Part shown: in pieces, positions 39,428 to 51,517 of the stretch
How positions within the stretch are numbered: position 1 is the stretch's first letter
Layout of the letters: each line of letters opens with the position of its first letter
From: Paecilomyces variotii
Taxonomy: Eukaryota
Assembly (NCBI GenBank): GCA_004022145.1
Contig: RCNU01000005.1
Direction: 5' to 3' (one strand)
DNA length: 64,000 nt
Translations under genes and position numbers: made by a program
The notes under the pieces: model-generated
What the model was told of the DNA's origin: nothing
What the model saw: the letters and a program-made list of their open reading frames with translations, nothing else
Database searches by the model: none

Positions 39428-40355
39428 GGCCAAGTTTAGGAAAATCCGCGCACCCTAAACAAATACTTAGGACGACGAGTAGTTATGGGTACACGGAGGA
39501 GGGTCAGGAAAGAGGCTACGATCCAATTGAATCGAATCAACTAAGACTGTAATCCCAGGATTAATCCTGTAGTAGGAACAATGGTCCTAGGATCGATCCC
39601 ATCCATAGGATTTTAGACTCTTATGAATACTTGACCTGGGACAGGCACGTACCCAGGATAGAGATAGAGAAGTTCACCAGATTGCAAAGCCCAGGATCTG
39701 TCTTATTCCAGAGTGGGGTCTCCTGGGTTCATTAAATCTCACGTTGATATTAATGTAAGGAATATACATACTCAATGGCATGAATGCCTCCAGAAGTGAT
39801 CCCAGGTGTGACTTTCACCACCGTCACCGACCACAGCCCCGCGGAATGCGGTTCCGAGGTTTAGAACCGAAACCACGCCCGACTAACAACCGATTGGAGC
39901 TCTTTTCTCGACTTTCCGATCCGCTGCGCCCCCATGAAACATGGTTATGGAAAGAGACACGCTACGGGCACGATCATTCGCTGATGCGAGGTTATTATCG
40001 AATGTCGCAGTGTTCTCTTGCTCCCATGACCAGTGCGTCAACGTCGCTCGTGTTGTTTTGAACAATTACCCTTTGCGGTTAATGTTTTGCCAATCCTTGA
40101 AATTGATCCTACAACCTCTCTGTAGCGGCTGATACATTAGCCTCAGGTGCAAACCACGATACAAAATGTGGACATGAAAAACATAGCTGCAGGGACTACC
40201 CGGGAAATATCGTTCATATGATTCTCTGATCTTCAGTTTGCATCACTCGAGTGGTAATGTCCAATAGGCAACCAGACGCTAGTCGTGCGGAGAGAGCATA
40301 CAAATTGATTAATCAAATATCTAGATACATCATTTCCAGCACCAATGCTGTTTTC

Positions 40356-40927
40356 CTACTCCTCAGCTTCCTGATGTTGACGATGCATAACCTTGACGGA
40401 CCTGACCTCCTGGCCATTATCTTCCTCATTACGCGAACCCTCCTGCGCGGTATCAGCTTCGACCTCTAAGCAGCCAGAAGTGGTCAGAGCGTCGGTCTGT
40501 CTCTGGAGCAGCTTATCCCATAATTCGTCAAGTGGAACTCCATCCGTAGAGAGCTTCTCGATACAGCCAAGCTCAGTATACCTCCAGATTACCCCCCATC
40601 TGTCGGTGATCAGTACAGGAACAATGATTGTGAGATCATCACTTACACCCACTCCGTGCAGCGGCAGAATTCCTGTCGCTGCATAATACGACCCGGAAGC
40701 CACATATCTCCTTTCAGTTGATCAATTGGTGGGCAACCGTATCTGATGTGAAACTCGATGGTGTCCAAGACTCCTGAAACGTGATGCCGTGTATAATGGA
40801 GCGTATTTCCTGTAAGATTTGCATTGATACATTCGCTCAACTCGCTGAAGGTAATGATCCAATGCGCTTGGCAATCAGCAGCTGGGACTAGCTGCGCCTT
40901 GATCGTGCGTTTGGCCATAGTATCCAT
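40356..40927 (-). CDS. Hypothetical protein (spliced at ~40645)
   Basis: Overlapping ORFs 40643-40927 and 40356-40703, with a GTAAGT donor and CTGAT...CAG acceptor. No domain recognised. Confidence 0.35.
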
Positions 40928-42375
40928 AGCGAAATTTGTCTACTGTCGGTCTCGAAAGATTGTTCAGTAGCCGTGAAATTGTGAGGTATACCGGCCTCAA
41001 CCGGTAGCAGCTCACTGCAACAAGGACGAAAATAAATCCAGCAACGTATAGATGCGACGCAAGGCACATGAGAATGTCTAACATCACAGATGCACTGAAT
41101 TCTACACTCGGAACAGATTCGCTGAATTAGCTGTCAGGGAGCACATATCAAGGAATAGATTTTAATACTTACTTGTATACGGCCTTATTTAGCAAACTTC
41201 CACAGGTAGAGGTGTCGGATTAAACGAGAATGGTTGCTCTATATTCAGGCTGGATGTCGGCCTAGAATTGAAAGGCGTCGAACGCAAGCCTACACTCTGA
41301 TAGACTATCGCACTGGCCTCTCTGTTGGGGCTTCTGTTGTTCGCGAGCGCAGGCGATGGATATTCCAGATTGATATCCTCGCCCCAATGAAAAACAAGGG
41401 AATAGGGGCGAGCTTTCTGGCCTAGTAGCTTTCGAGGAGTATTCTGAAGCCAGTCAGTGAAACTGTCAAAGCGAGATCTCCAGCAACAACACATGGAGTC
41501 GAACAGCAAGTTGCGGGCCACAAGGCGGTAGTTTATTCCATCACGGCCATAAACGGGCGTATGGCCCATTGTTTATCGCTGCCATAATATACGCATTTTG
41601 AAGCCATCCTGGGAGACATACTTCTCCTGCACAAAGAGGAAGAGAAGCGAAAAACTAGGAAAGCATCCGCGAATGGTGTGGGACTATACGCCGCTCTTGC
41701 GTCGCAGCCAGTCCAGTGCTAAGATCCTCTCGCCACACCTGGGGAATTGGAGAGTTGCGCCAGACTTAGAATCGTCGAACAATACCAGCGTGTGGTACAT
41801 TTCCTTGCTGGTGAGTGGCCATCTCTCAAAGACCTCCGAGGCAGTCTTTGATGAGTGGACGTGTTGTGGGGACGTAAAGCTGGTACTCGTCTTCGGCTGA
41901 ATGCAACTCTGTCAGATCCGTAAGGAAACATTGTAACAATACGACGACATACGCTGCTGTACCTCCATACTTCGGAAGATATGATAATATTTTTCTTGTG
42001 AACTGCTAGTAATTCCATACAGCAAGGAATGGAAAAAGACAAGGGACTTTGGACAATCATACCCACAAGAATTTGAAGAAATCTAGCTTAAGCTACCAAG
42101 CTAGCTGTGGTCGAATCATGGAGGAGAAAGTGACGGTCAGCTTTCTCAGTGCGATTGGTTCCACACAACTGCTATAGAGTTGTCAGTGTAAAAGATGCAG
42201 CCCTGAACTTTCTTAACTACAAGTTATGTCTGGCTTTATTGCTCGTTCTCGAATATTGGTGGATGCAAGTGCACAGAGCCCGTACTTTAGTTCCTACGTG
42301 AGTGGGCACTCAGGACGCGGGTGACCTAGATTGCAGGGATCATCGCTCAGGTCGAAGGGAGTTGTCACAGACATG

Positions 42376-42429
42376 GGAGTAATCCCTGCAATCTTGCTCG
42401 CCCACGAGCAAGATTGCAGGGATTACTCC
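42376..42429. repeat. Perfect 25-bp inverted repeat with a 4-nt loop
   Basis: GGAGTAATCCCTGCAATCTTGCTCG-CCCA-CGAGCAAGATTGCAGGGATTACTCC. Confidence 0.95.
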
Positions 42430-43404
42430 ACTTCTATGGTCTTGTCACTATAGCAGGAAACTTTTTTCCACGCTTCTGTACGAAACATCAACCTGTTGCT
42501 GACTTGCGTGGGTTACCAATATTGTGTAGAACGCGGCGTGATGGCGTTCCCATCAAGAAGAAACCCTACGATCCATCTGACGACAGACTCTGTACATTCA
42601 GTACTTTGATTATAAGTACATCACTCTCCCCCTGGACTCATCATAACTTGTAACCCATCGACACGAAGTCACTGTGTGATCTACAAGCCTGCCTCAATCT
42701 GTATATTCACAATCCACTCCTGCCTCCTTGCACAAACAAGTATTAGCAAGATTAACTGTCCACATTGCGGGTACAACTGCATCTCGTGTCCCTATCCATT
42801 CACGTGTCCGAACTGTAAGAAGGAAGTTGCGGGGAGCCAATAAGGTTACACTCCTTACCATACGCTACAATAAGAGATATACTAATATTTTAATGATACA
42901 AGCTCGCAAATATGTCGCCTCTGCTTCGCCTTTTCTGTTAAGGAGACAACACCTGCGAACCTGCGTTGGTCTGGTAACGCTGGACCGCGCGGAGAAGGCT
43001 TTATTTACCGTGCTCCGGTTGACATTTCTGCTCTTTCTCTGGGAATCCACACCTCGCTCATTCCTCTGTTCCTCCTCATGACTATGTATGTAGAACAGAT
43101 ATACTGGAAGCCCTAGCCACTCGTTTAGCGGAAGAACACTTCCGAATACAATACAGTATGCTTTATATACAATCAAAGTCAAACATGGTAAGCTGTACTT
43201 TCAAGGCTAAAGCTGTCATGAACACGGCGTGGAGGCCTCGTTGGCTACAAAAGCCTAAATCAACACCCTGTAATTGATTATCTCATGTAGACAAGGCAGT
43301 AGCCAAATTGTCTGTGTAACAACATGAATTCCTCTTTCGGGCTTTAGTGCCACCGAATAATAATTAAAAAGTCCGTAGAATTTTCTGCTGATGCTGGGGT
43401 ACTA

Positions 43405-44265
43405 GTGTCACTCAAGTATGAAAACCAGGGTGGCAAGCAATCGCGATGTTGTTATTCCAGCCACGTTAAAATTATCTACGGCGCACATGATCGGGGCGTA
43501 TGGTCGCTCGGCACTGATATGATTCTCAAAGAGCGCCCTGATGATGGTCCAAAGAATGAAGCGAAAACTCTGAAGCTCCTTGCTTCTTACACGAATATTC
43601 CAGCACCAGAGCTTGTCCGTGACTGGGTCGATCGAGACCGCCGTTACTTCGTGTTACAAAAACGAATGGACGGTGAGACACTTGGGGACGCCTGGCCTCT
43701 ATTGTCGCACAACCAGAGAGTCGCTATCGCAGACCAGGTAGCTGGCATCTGCAAGCATCTACATTCCATTACGTCCTCGAGCATACAAAGTGTTGATCAG
43801 ACCGCCTGCTCTCCGGCGTTGCTTTTTTTCGATTTCGAACCTCGTGGGCCTTTCCACTCTGACCTTGAACTTTGGGATGCCATAAGCCTCACCCTTCACA
43901 ATCCACCCGAAAGATCATTCCCGCAGCAAGCGTTGGACAACTTAAAGAAGCGTCTCCCTAAATGCACACCTTACGTCCTCACCCATTGTGACCTAAACAT
44001 AGGAAATATCATGGTTAAAGATGGGCAGCTTGTTGGCATCCTTGATTGGGAACATGCAGCATATTATCCTATATGGTATGAATATGTCTCAGCAACTTGG
44101 GGTTTCACCGAGGCAGATGCAGAATGGAGGAGGTTGTTACGTCAGCGACTTGATACACATGAAGATGCAAAAAGGTTCTGGATGGACCTGTATCATTTGC
44201 GAAATTATCCAGATTTGGACGAGAAAGGCCGGGAAGTCTTGGAAAAGTTGTCTGCGGAGTCATGA
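43405..44265 (+). CDS. Aminoglycoside phosphotransferase (APH)/choline-kinase-like protein; 5' end decayed
   Basis: ILKERP, NEA, IPAP, MDGETLGDAW, LTHCDLNIGNIMV (Brenner motif) and GILDWEHAAYYPIWYEY. Confidence 0.85.
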   Translation: MSLKYENQGGKQSRCCYSSHVKIIYGAHDRGVWSLGTDMILKERPDDGPKNEAKTLKLLASYTNIPAPELVRDWVDRDRRYFVLQKRMDGETLGDAWPLLSHNQRVAIADQVAGICKHLHSITSSSIQSVDQTACSPALLFFDFEPRGPFHSDLELWDAISLTLHNPPERSFPQQALDNLKKRLPKCTPYVLTHCDLNIGNIMVKDGQLVGILDWEHAAYYPIWYEYVSATWGFTEADAEWRRLLRQRLDTHEDAKRFWMDLYHLRNYPDLDEKGREVLEKLSAES

Positions 44266-45077
44266 CGGGCGTTCTTTTTCTTACAAGATTTCGATATATT
44301 ATAAAGCCTGTCAAAAACGCAGATAGGATGAAAGCAAAACCAGGAAGATTTCTCTGTAGTTGCTTGCAACCATACAAAATTCTCTTACATTACTTGTCGA
44401 CCAGCAGCCTTGAAACAAAAAAGTCATGAGTCGTACGTAGGTCGGCAGTATGGTAGGTTAGCTGTGCTTTCTACCAACTTCGCAAGGATAGATAGTAGAT
44501 AGTACTGTTGATCGAGCGATGTGCCGTTTGCCATCAAGTCTTCCCTGAAATGGAGGGAACAAAGCGCTCCCATGTCGCAGTGCTGGTTACTCAGCATGTG
44601 CCTGCTTTATCCTTCCTCTGCGACAAGCATTCTTACCAATGATATTGCTCAAAATATGCGAAAGAAACGAAAACCAAACCCCTGGCGTTTCCGTTGGTCG
44701 CATTCATGTCCGTTCCCCACGGGCCCCTTTGAGTTGTTTTCCTCCATGGTCAAGAAATCAAAGCCGGGAAGGGAGAAGGACAACTATCTATTGGTAGAGA
44801 CAAAGATGGACAAAGAACGGACCGCGCGCCAAGATTACAAAGCGCCATTTTCGAAGTGGTCTCCTCGGTTTAGGTTCAAGCGCACCACCCACAGAACGGG
44901 GGAAGGTGAGAAAAAGCAAACGCTTACAGTCGAGGCTGGTAGCCTCTTCGCCCGAAGCAAAAGCGGGGTTTTGTCAGCAGTGAACCCCCTACCAACAGAC
45001 TGATCCAGCTTAGGTGATTATTTTCTGTGCAACTGGGACTCAACGATCCGTCCTCATGCTCTTTTCCGATTCGCATC

Positions 45078-46855
45078 ATGTCGGGTTTTCAACTAGCGTT
45101 GGACTACATTGACGCGGGAAGTGAAGAGGAAATTTTACAGCATCGTGAAAGGGCTCTAGACGCCATCAAAAAGCTAGAGAAGGCCCTGGGTCTCACCCAG
45201 AGAGTTGAGCCTGGGTTACCATCTGACTCTATATCTATCGAACCCGATGTCGAGCAGCGACCTCAGCAGTTGTCCGAGAAAATACTTGCTAGAATAGACA
45301 AAAACCTCGTCAGCACCGTCTCTTATGCTCGGAAATCCCCAGAGACTGCAGTCGCGCCAGCACCGCAAAAGCGCGAAGATCCTAGGATTATTGACGCACA
45401 GATCTACTATGGCGCGAGGAAAAAGACGACAAGCATGATGTTCCGGACAGCACTGGCTATCAGATCTATTAGTATGGAATTCGCAAGATTCCAATATTAC
45501 CGACGTGGTTATTCCAGGGTAGCTAGGCAAGTCAACCGCCTTTCAGCAAAAGCAGACCAGACGCAAGAAGCTACCATCGGCGATTTCATTAAGGAGAACC
45601 ATATAGCCGACCATCGAACATTCGAACGAATGATAACATCTGGCACGAAGATGCTCGTTCTCGAGGGCCTCTCTGGGAGTTGTGGTATATCCTCTCTACT
45701 ATGGAAAGTACCAAGCTGGAGTAAACTGAGCTATCCTGAACTACCAGTTCTCTTGGAGCTATTGCTACAGATGCCAGAATATGATAAGGTTCGCACTACG
45801 GCAGAAGATTTGACCGGATGGTATGAGCAATGCCAAGATGTATACGACCAAAACATTTACGCTCAACGAGCTACGTTTTTATACAACAAGCTGCCACTGT
45901 GCAGACCCAAGGACGTGATCCAACCAGTCAGCTATCCAATTATAGGAGCAGACTCCTTTGGTGAGCACATGACGGATAGTGATATGGTGGTTTCGACGGC
46001 TTCAGCACGTCCAGAGAGCTCCTTAAAGCATACGGGTATGTGTTCTTTTGCTCTTCACGTGCATATCGCCAGATGCCACTGACTGTAGACTACCTCAACA
46101 GAGGCAAGTATGGCTAGTGATCAACTTCCGAACATCGAGAACCCTATGGATGGATGTGAGTGCAGACGCTTCGGCATTTCGCGTTCCTTACTTATTGGGC
46201 AGGTATATCTACACCAGCTCCGCTCGGGGGTGGCAACGTGGTGGATGGCCAAGGTATTTGCATTATGACGGCGCAGACCGGCGAGCAAGAGCACCGGTCA
46301 CAATTATTATCTTTTCACGCCCAAAGTACCGTTGACCAATCCGAGATATCGCAAACAAACTATTACGGACTTAATGATCCCTGTTGGAGCCAAAGTGCTA
46401 ACGCGGGTAGTATGTCCGAGCTGCCAGTTCATTCTCCTTCGAACACTGAGCTCCTTCATCCTGGGGAGCTCGTTGACTTGGTGAACGCTTCGATCCACCC
46501 CCTGAATTTTGTCGACATCATAGATACTCCTATCCATCCTGCAGGTGTCGCCGACGTGATGGGTTGTCCAGCATATCCCGCAGGGGAAGTGGATTTCTTT
46601 TGTCGACCTGCCCAGCAGTCAGTACAATCCAACGACAACTCTACGAACCCACCAACCTTCGGGACGTCCTTCGATTCTGAATTTGCGAGGGATACGCCAA
46701 GGGCAGCGCATCCACATTCAGAGATGCGAAGTTACGCAGATCCAACAGCCGGCTTGGACATGCGCCTTGCTGAGGGAAATGTCACCAACTATGCAGCTAA
46801 CAGCAGCACACTGTTATTTGCTAATGTGTTCCAAGTTCCACAAGCTTGCCCTTGA
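45078..46855 (+). CDS. Hypothetical protein (2 exons, intron ~46036-46090)
   Basis: Long ORFs 45027-46082 and 46160-46855 with a GTATGT...CTGAC...TAG intron between them. Contains TSGTKMLVLEGLSGSCGISSLL and a low-complexity C-terminus. Confidence 0.55.
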
Positions 46856-47018
46856 TGGAGGGTGCTGAGATTGGTGATAAGAGGACTTTGTTTAACACAT
46901 CTCGTTCATGATGTTGTCTGAGGAACAGTAACAATGAGGCAGTCCACGCTGGCGTTAAAATATTTCGTTTCCTTAAACCGCATATAGTTCCCAAGTTGTA
47001 GCCCCTCCCCCGCGACTT

Positions 47019-47449
47019 TCACAAGCCCAAATGGGAAGAACAGAGTATCAACACCAGGATCCTTTTCGATTGTAACGTCTCCATATAGTCGTAGAAGTGC
47101 ATAGCCGTTTCCCTGTTGAAAAACTCAGCCGTGTGACCAAGTGACTTCTTATAGAGTATCAGTGTACCTCTTCGTGAAGTCCCAGCTCTTTCAACAGAGG
47201 GCCACATATTTGAAACCGATCTTTATCTGTACATATTGACGAGGAGCGGGTTCGAGGCTCAACCTTAGCCGTATTGAACCATTCCACAACCTTAGCCAAC
47301 TCATTGCGAGCATTTTCGCTCACAGTGTAGATAGACATAGGGCAGCGAATTTGCAAAAACGAAAGATCGTAGACGGACTTTCTGACCCGATTTTCCGACA
47401 AATTAAATTCCCGCAATCCATCTAGTGGTAAATTAAATGTGTGACTCAC
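47019..47449 (-). CDS. Hypothetical protein fragment (spliced)
   Basis: Two ORFs with apparent introns (IRCPMSIYTVSE...CGPLLKELGLHEE|...SLGHTAEFFNRETAMHFY). Confidence 0.35.
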
Positions 47450-48137
47450 CGACGTGCTGAGGGTAAAGGAGCGCTGTAAGATAATATAAGGTCAGTCGTC
47501 GCTTGGAAGAATGCATTGAGGGGCAGATGGGACCTCATAAGATAGACCCCACTATTATTCTATATCACGTGGTCAATTCAAGTATTTCGACACTTACTCC
47601 GTAATCGTTAGGTAACTAACTAGTTATATTAGATGACATAACAGGAAAAGGCATAGCGTGGACGTTTTGATGCCCAAAGAGGGGCGTGTTATGGTCCGGA
47701 AGTGCAATTATATTGATGCGGATAACGAGACGGAATAATCAAGCAGTGAGGATGGTGTGGTGGAAAAGGACACGTCAGTAGATATTGGGTTGCGCTTAAA
47801 TATTTCGCCGAAGGTCTTGGCGTTTCTATGGTTTAGAAAAGAGCGAGGGCTCACGATACGCGGGAAAGCATGCGAAATGTCAAATTGGGAGGTCTCACAG
47901 TACGGGATTAATTGTCAAGGATTTCAAGTTCTCCCAGGCGGTCTTTTTGAGACGGAGAGCTCCGCATCTCACTTAGGCCTAGAGGTATATACGGGGTATG
48001 AAGATATGCTGGATTATTTATACCAGGAAGATTGTGCATGAAATCATAGACTGACGGATATATATCCAAATGAGGTCAAATAGATGAAGATCTTGGAAGC
48101 TAATCAGAACAACAGTTCGTGGACAAAATGTTGAGCT

Positions 48138-48962
48138 CTATATGCGGCGAATCTTCTTACTTCCCCGTGCCTTTGAACATCCATCTACTCCATCTAAATT
48201 TGGCACGCCAATCACGGAGGCAAGAACTTCACTTAGCAGGCAGCTGGTAGGCTCTTCGGGAAAATAGTCCTCTCTTCGGGGCTCATCCGGTAGTTCTCCA
48301 CACTTTTCACAATTCTGAGAGCTGCCTCCATGAGCCTGGAGCTCATGGTTAAACTCCGCCGTGCTGGACCTCCTGTCCCACTTGGCCCATTTCCTTTTGA
48401 AACGACCGTATATCTTAACGTTAAAGGCGCGGCCTTTATAGCGGAACCAGTCTTCAACAGCGTCGTGAAAGCGTGATATTTGCCAGCTGGCTGGGGTAAG
48501 TTGGGTGATACCCCCTTCCATTCGCAAAACCCCACGGTGTATCAAGGCACTCATATCGGGAAATAATCGCTCCATACATGACACATGGTAGAATTTGTTC
48601 GGTTCTAAGGCTCATGAGACTCAGAGTAAGCTTTCTGTAAGATACTGGAGCTCACCATAATATCGACCGGAAATGTCCTTGACGTTGAAGCGAAATGCAG
48701 ACCTGATATTAGGTTCTCCGGTGATTTTGGTAGGTATGCAGTCCCCGAAGCGACAGTGGCTTCTGCTGCTAGGGTTCTCTTGCAATAGAACTACCCTTTT
48801 CTCCTTCGTGAGCTCATCTTCAATACACGCTCTCTCAAACGCGACTTGCTTGTCAGGGGCTCGTGGTATCCTCTCCCCCTCGCTATCCACTTCATCCGAT
48901 GGATAATCGACGTGAATTTTCTCCGGTGACGAAACACCGTAAGAATTCTTAAAGCACTGCAT
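48138..48962 (-). CDS. PARP-type zinc-finger-like protein (intron 48655-48605; start uncertain)
   Basis: The spliced product NPSSRSHCRFGDC...NIRSAFRFNV...YYEPNKFYHVSCM matches the zf-PARP pattern (SxRxxCxxC...IxxGxxR...WYHxxC). A further CEKC lies near the C-terminus. Confidence 0.6.
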
Positions 48963-49263
48963 ATATTTGGAATTACTATGTATGTGTCACTTGTTCATAT
49001 GTATCATTTGACATTATCTAATGTCAGATTAGGAGAGCCCAAGAAGATCGCAGAGCTTGACGACCGTTATTGTTGACGTAACTTGCCATTACTGTAATTT
49101 ACCATTTGCTTAAGGCCATGCAGATATGGCAAATAAGTTTAATATCTTGTAAAACAACTCACTAGCTACACAATATCTAGTCTAACTCAAGGGATAATTG
49201 TATTCATGGAACATCCCACCGCGCTTCGCATGTCAAGACTTATGAGGCGAGTACGTATCTCTC

Positions 49264-49998
49264 TTACGGAAGCTCAGCACCTAGCCGTAAGTAGTAGGCA
49301 ACTTCCGTTGTAACTATATCTTCGTCCACACTTCCATTTCGTACCATACCGCTAAGATAGCCATATGTATATCGAGATGCGAGCCGGCAGTCCTCATATA
49401 TGGCCAGCGCAGGCTCAATGAGATTCCCACATTTGGTATATATGCGATTTGTGTTCTATTGGCCTATTAATACTCACCTTCAACTTCAGAAAGAGCGTTT
49501 TATCATACATAGTTACAAAAGAATATCGAAGAGCTGTTCAGGTAAGATACACGGGCACAATTGCCGGCTTCAGCAGCACAATAAGTATCTTTAGCGTCTC
49601 GCAGATGGTTGATATTCACGTCAGTGGGCTCAATGTAGGCGAGGCCGCGTGTGAAATCGCAGATGGGTTTTCCTATCTATTTTTAAAGAGATGTAAGCCA
49701 TCGGGTACCTTCAACGAGTTCTCTTGTAGGAGCTCACACCACGCTTTCCCGGTAGACCTCTCTCCTCAAGGGCAGGAGCAGGAAAGTTCGGCGAATTCAA
49801 AATCTGTGCACGGATAGTAAGCCAAAACTCAATTCTCCACCTGATTTTGCCCATACTGTGCTAGTTCTCCTGACTCCTGGGTAAGCTGCAGCACCATAGA
49901 TCTACTGCAGTCAGTAAGGAACAAACCAGAAGGACTTGACAACAAACCACTGTCGCTAAAAACAGGAATAACGTCAGAATGCACCTGCTTTTGAACAT
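49264..49998 (-). pseudogene. Small secreted cysteine-rich protein (multi-exon, apparent in-frame stop)
   Basis: Signal peptide MFKSRCILTLFLFLATVVCC. Later exons read KPICDF...NINHLRDAKDTYCAAEAGNCARVSYLNSSSIFFCNY|NTNRIYTKCGNLIEPALAIYEDC. A TAG lies near 49861. It is absent from the ORF track. Confidence 0.5.
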
Positions 49999-50724
49999 TG
50001 TATCTGTGTGCTTTAGATAAATCTAATTAGTGACTATGTACGGCCCAGGACAGCAGGAACCAACTGGTTTATATCTTTGTGGCAAGATCAGTACAATCTA
50101 CAACAGCTATGGATCCCATCATTGCCTGATCGATATTATATACCACAGCCATAACCATTGCTCAAGCTTTGCTTAGTTGAGTCCAAATATAACATGGGCC
50201 CGTAGAACCTTAGGCTTTATTCATGGTTCACTTCCTGCAAAAGGTTTCGACAGACAATATAAAATGATCCATATACATTCTTGATATGTCCAAAATTATT
50301 TCCCATGGGCAGTACCTTTTTGTTGCGCTTTGTTCGTGATTAGAAATTACCATTGTGTGGTCAGAAACATAATAAGTCATATGTTAATGTAGGTTAAACA
50401 CCCTGCATAAACTTTGCTCAAACAATTGTAAGGTATACTGTACCTAGAACCCTGCTTCAGTTCTTTCAGCTCGACCGGATAATCAATGTCCTCTAGATAT
50501 TGACAATGCTTTTTACCGGGGTTAAACAGGCTTGTAAGAGCCTTTTAGAAATGGATTCTAGGAAGAAAATTTGGTTCGCTAAGTACTCGGCAATGAACTA
50601 AAACTTGTAGATGATTTAGTAAAGTACTAATGAAATGAAAGTATAAGTATGTAACCAAAGTAACGTTAGAGTGGTAAGAGACACATTATTCCAGTAAAAA
50701 CTATATCTAAAAACTATTATCCCA

Positions 50725-51517
50725 ATGATTTATTACTATATTATCGCGCTTGCAGCTGCCATATCAGCAAGAGCACAACAGCAATCTGGGGGAGGCGTTG
50801 GAGGAGCTTGCACCTTTCTCACAAGTTTCTCTAATACTAATGTAATTTTGCGGTCAGTACATGGTGGGCAAGAACGTTCCATCTCGGTGAGAGAAGGATG
50901 TGAAGTTCAGCTTGCCACTGTTTTTCGTGATTGTGCGTTTCCTCAGTGGTTTTCTTCACGTCTACTGATTTATAATAGGTCAGCAAGACTCAAGCTTCGT
51001 GTGTGAAGAAATCTCGCTGTTGATTTCAGGTGTATCTTCACAACCTAGCAACGCTGTGACAGCCACAGAGAAATCAGGGCGAAGTACATCTAGCTCACCG
51101 GCCAACCAGATTGTGACCACACTTACTCAACCACCTCGAACGACCCAAACCTACTCAGTGATACCTATCGAAAGGGAAACTGACTCCCGCCAAGGACGCC
51201 CAAATAGCTCAAGTGAAGGTCCCCAATCTAACACGCAGCCTCCGGAGTCCATAGTAACGGCATCAGCCAAGCACCCTACGTCTGCAGATTGTCTGTCGCA
51301 CAGTGGAACAATGAGTACTACGTTGGGAGCAGAATTATCCTCTCCATCCGTATCTGCGTGTGCAGTGAAGTTAGTGGCATCCTTGCAGTAAGAATTATCC
51401 GAATTATCTAACCACAGTTCACAATAGGATCGGCGAATTATTTGTCGGTAACTGCTATTGCATGAATGGAAGTACCGTAAACTACCTGCCCAGCGACTGT
51501 ATCATACTCCCTTGATG
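50725..51517 (+). CDS. Small secreted Ser/Thr-rich protein (multi-exon)
   Basis: Signal peptide MIYYYIIALAAAISARA, short Cys-containing exons and an S/T/P-rich ORF at 50999-51391. The exon structure is approximate. Confidence 0.5.

Noticed and set aside
39545-39720. Scattered CCAGGAT/TAGGAT motifs
   Set aside because: They are too short and irregular to call a repeat or element.
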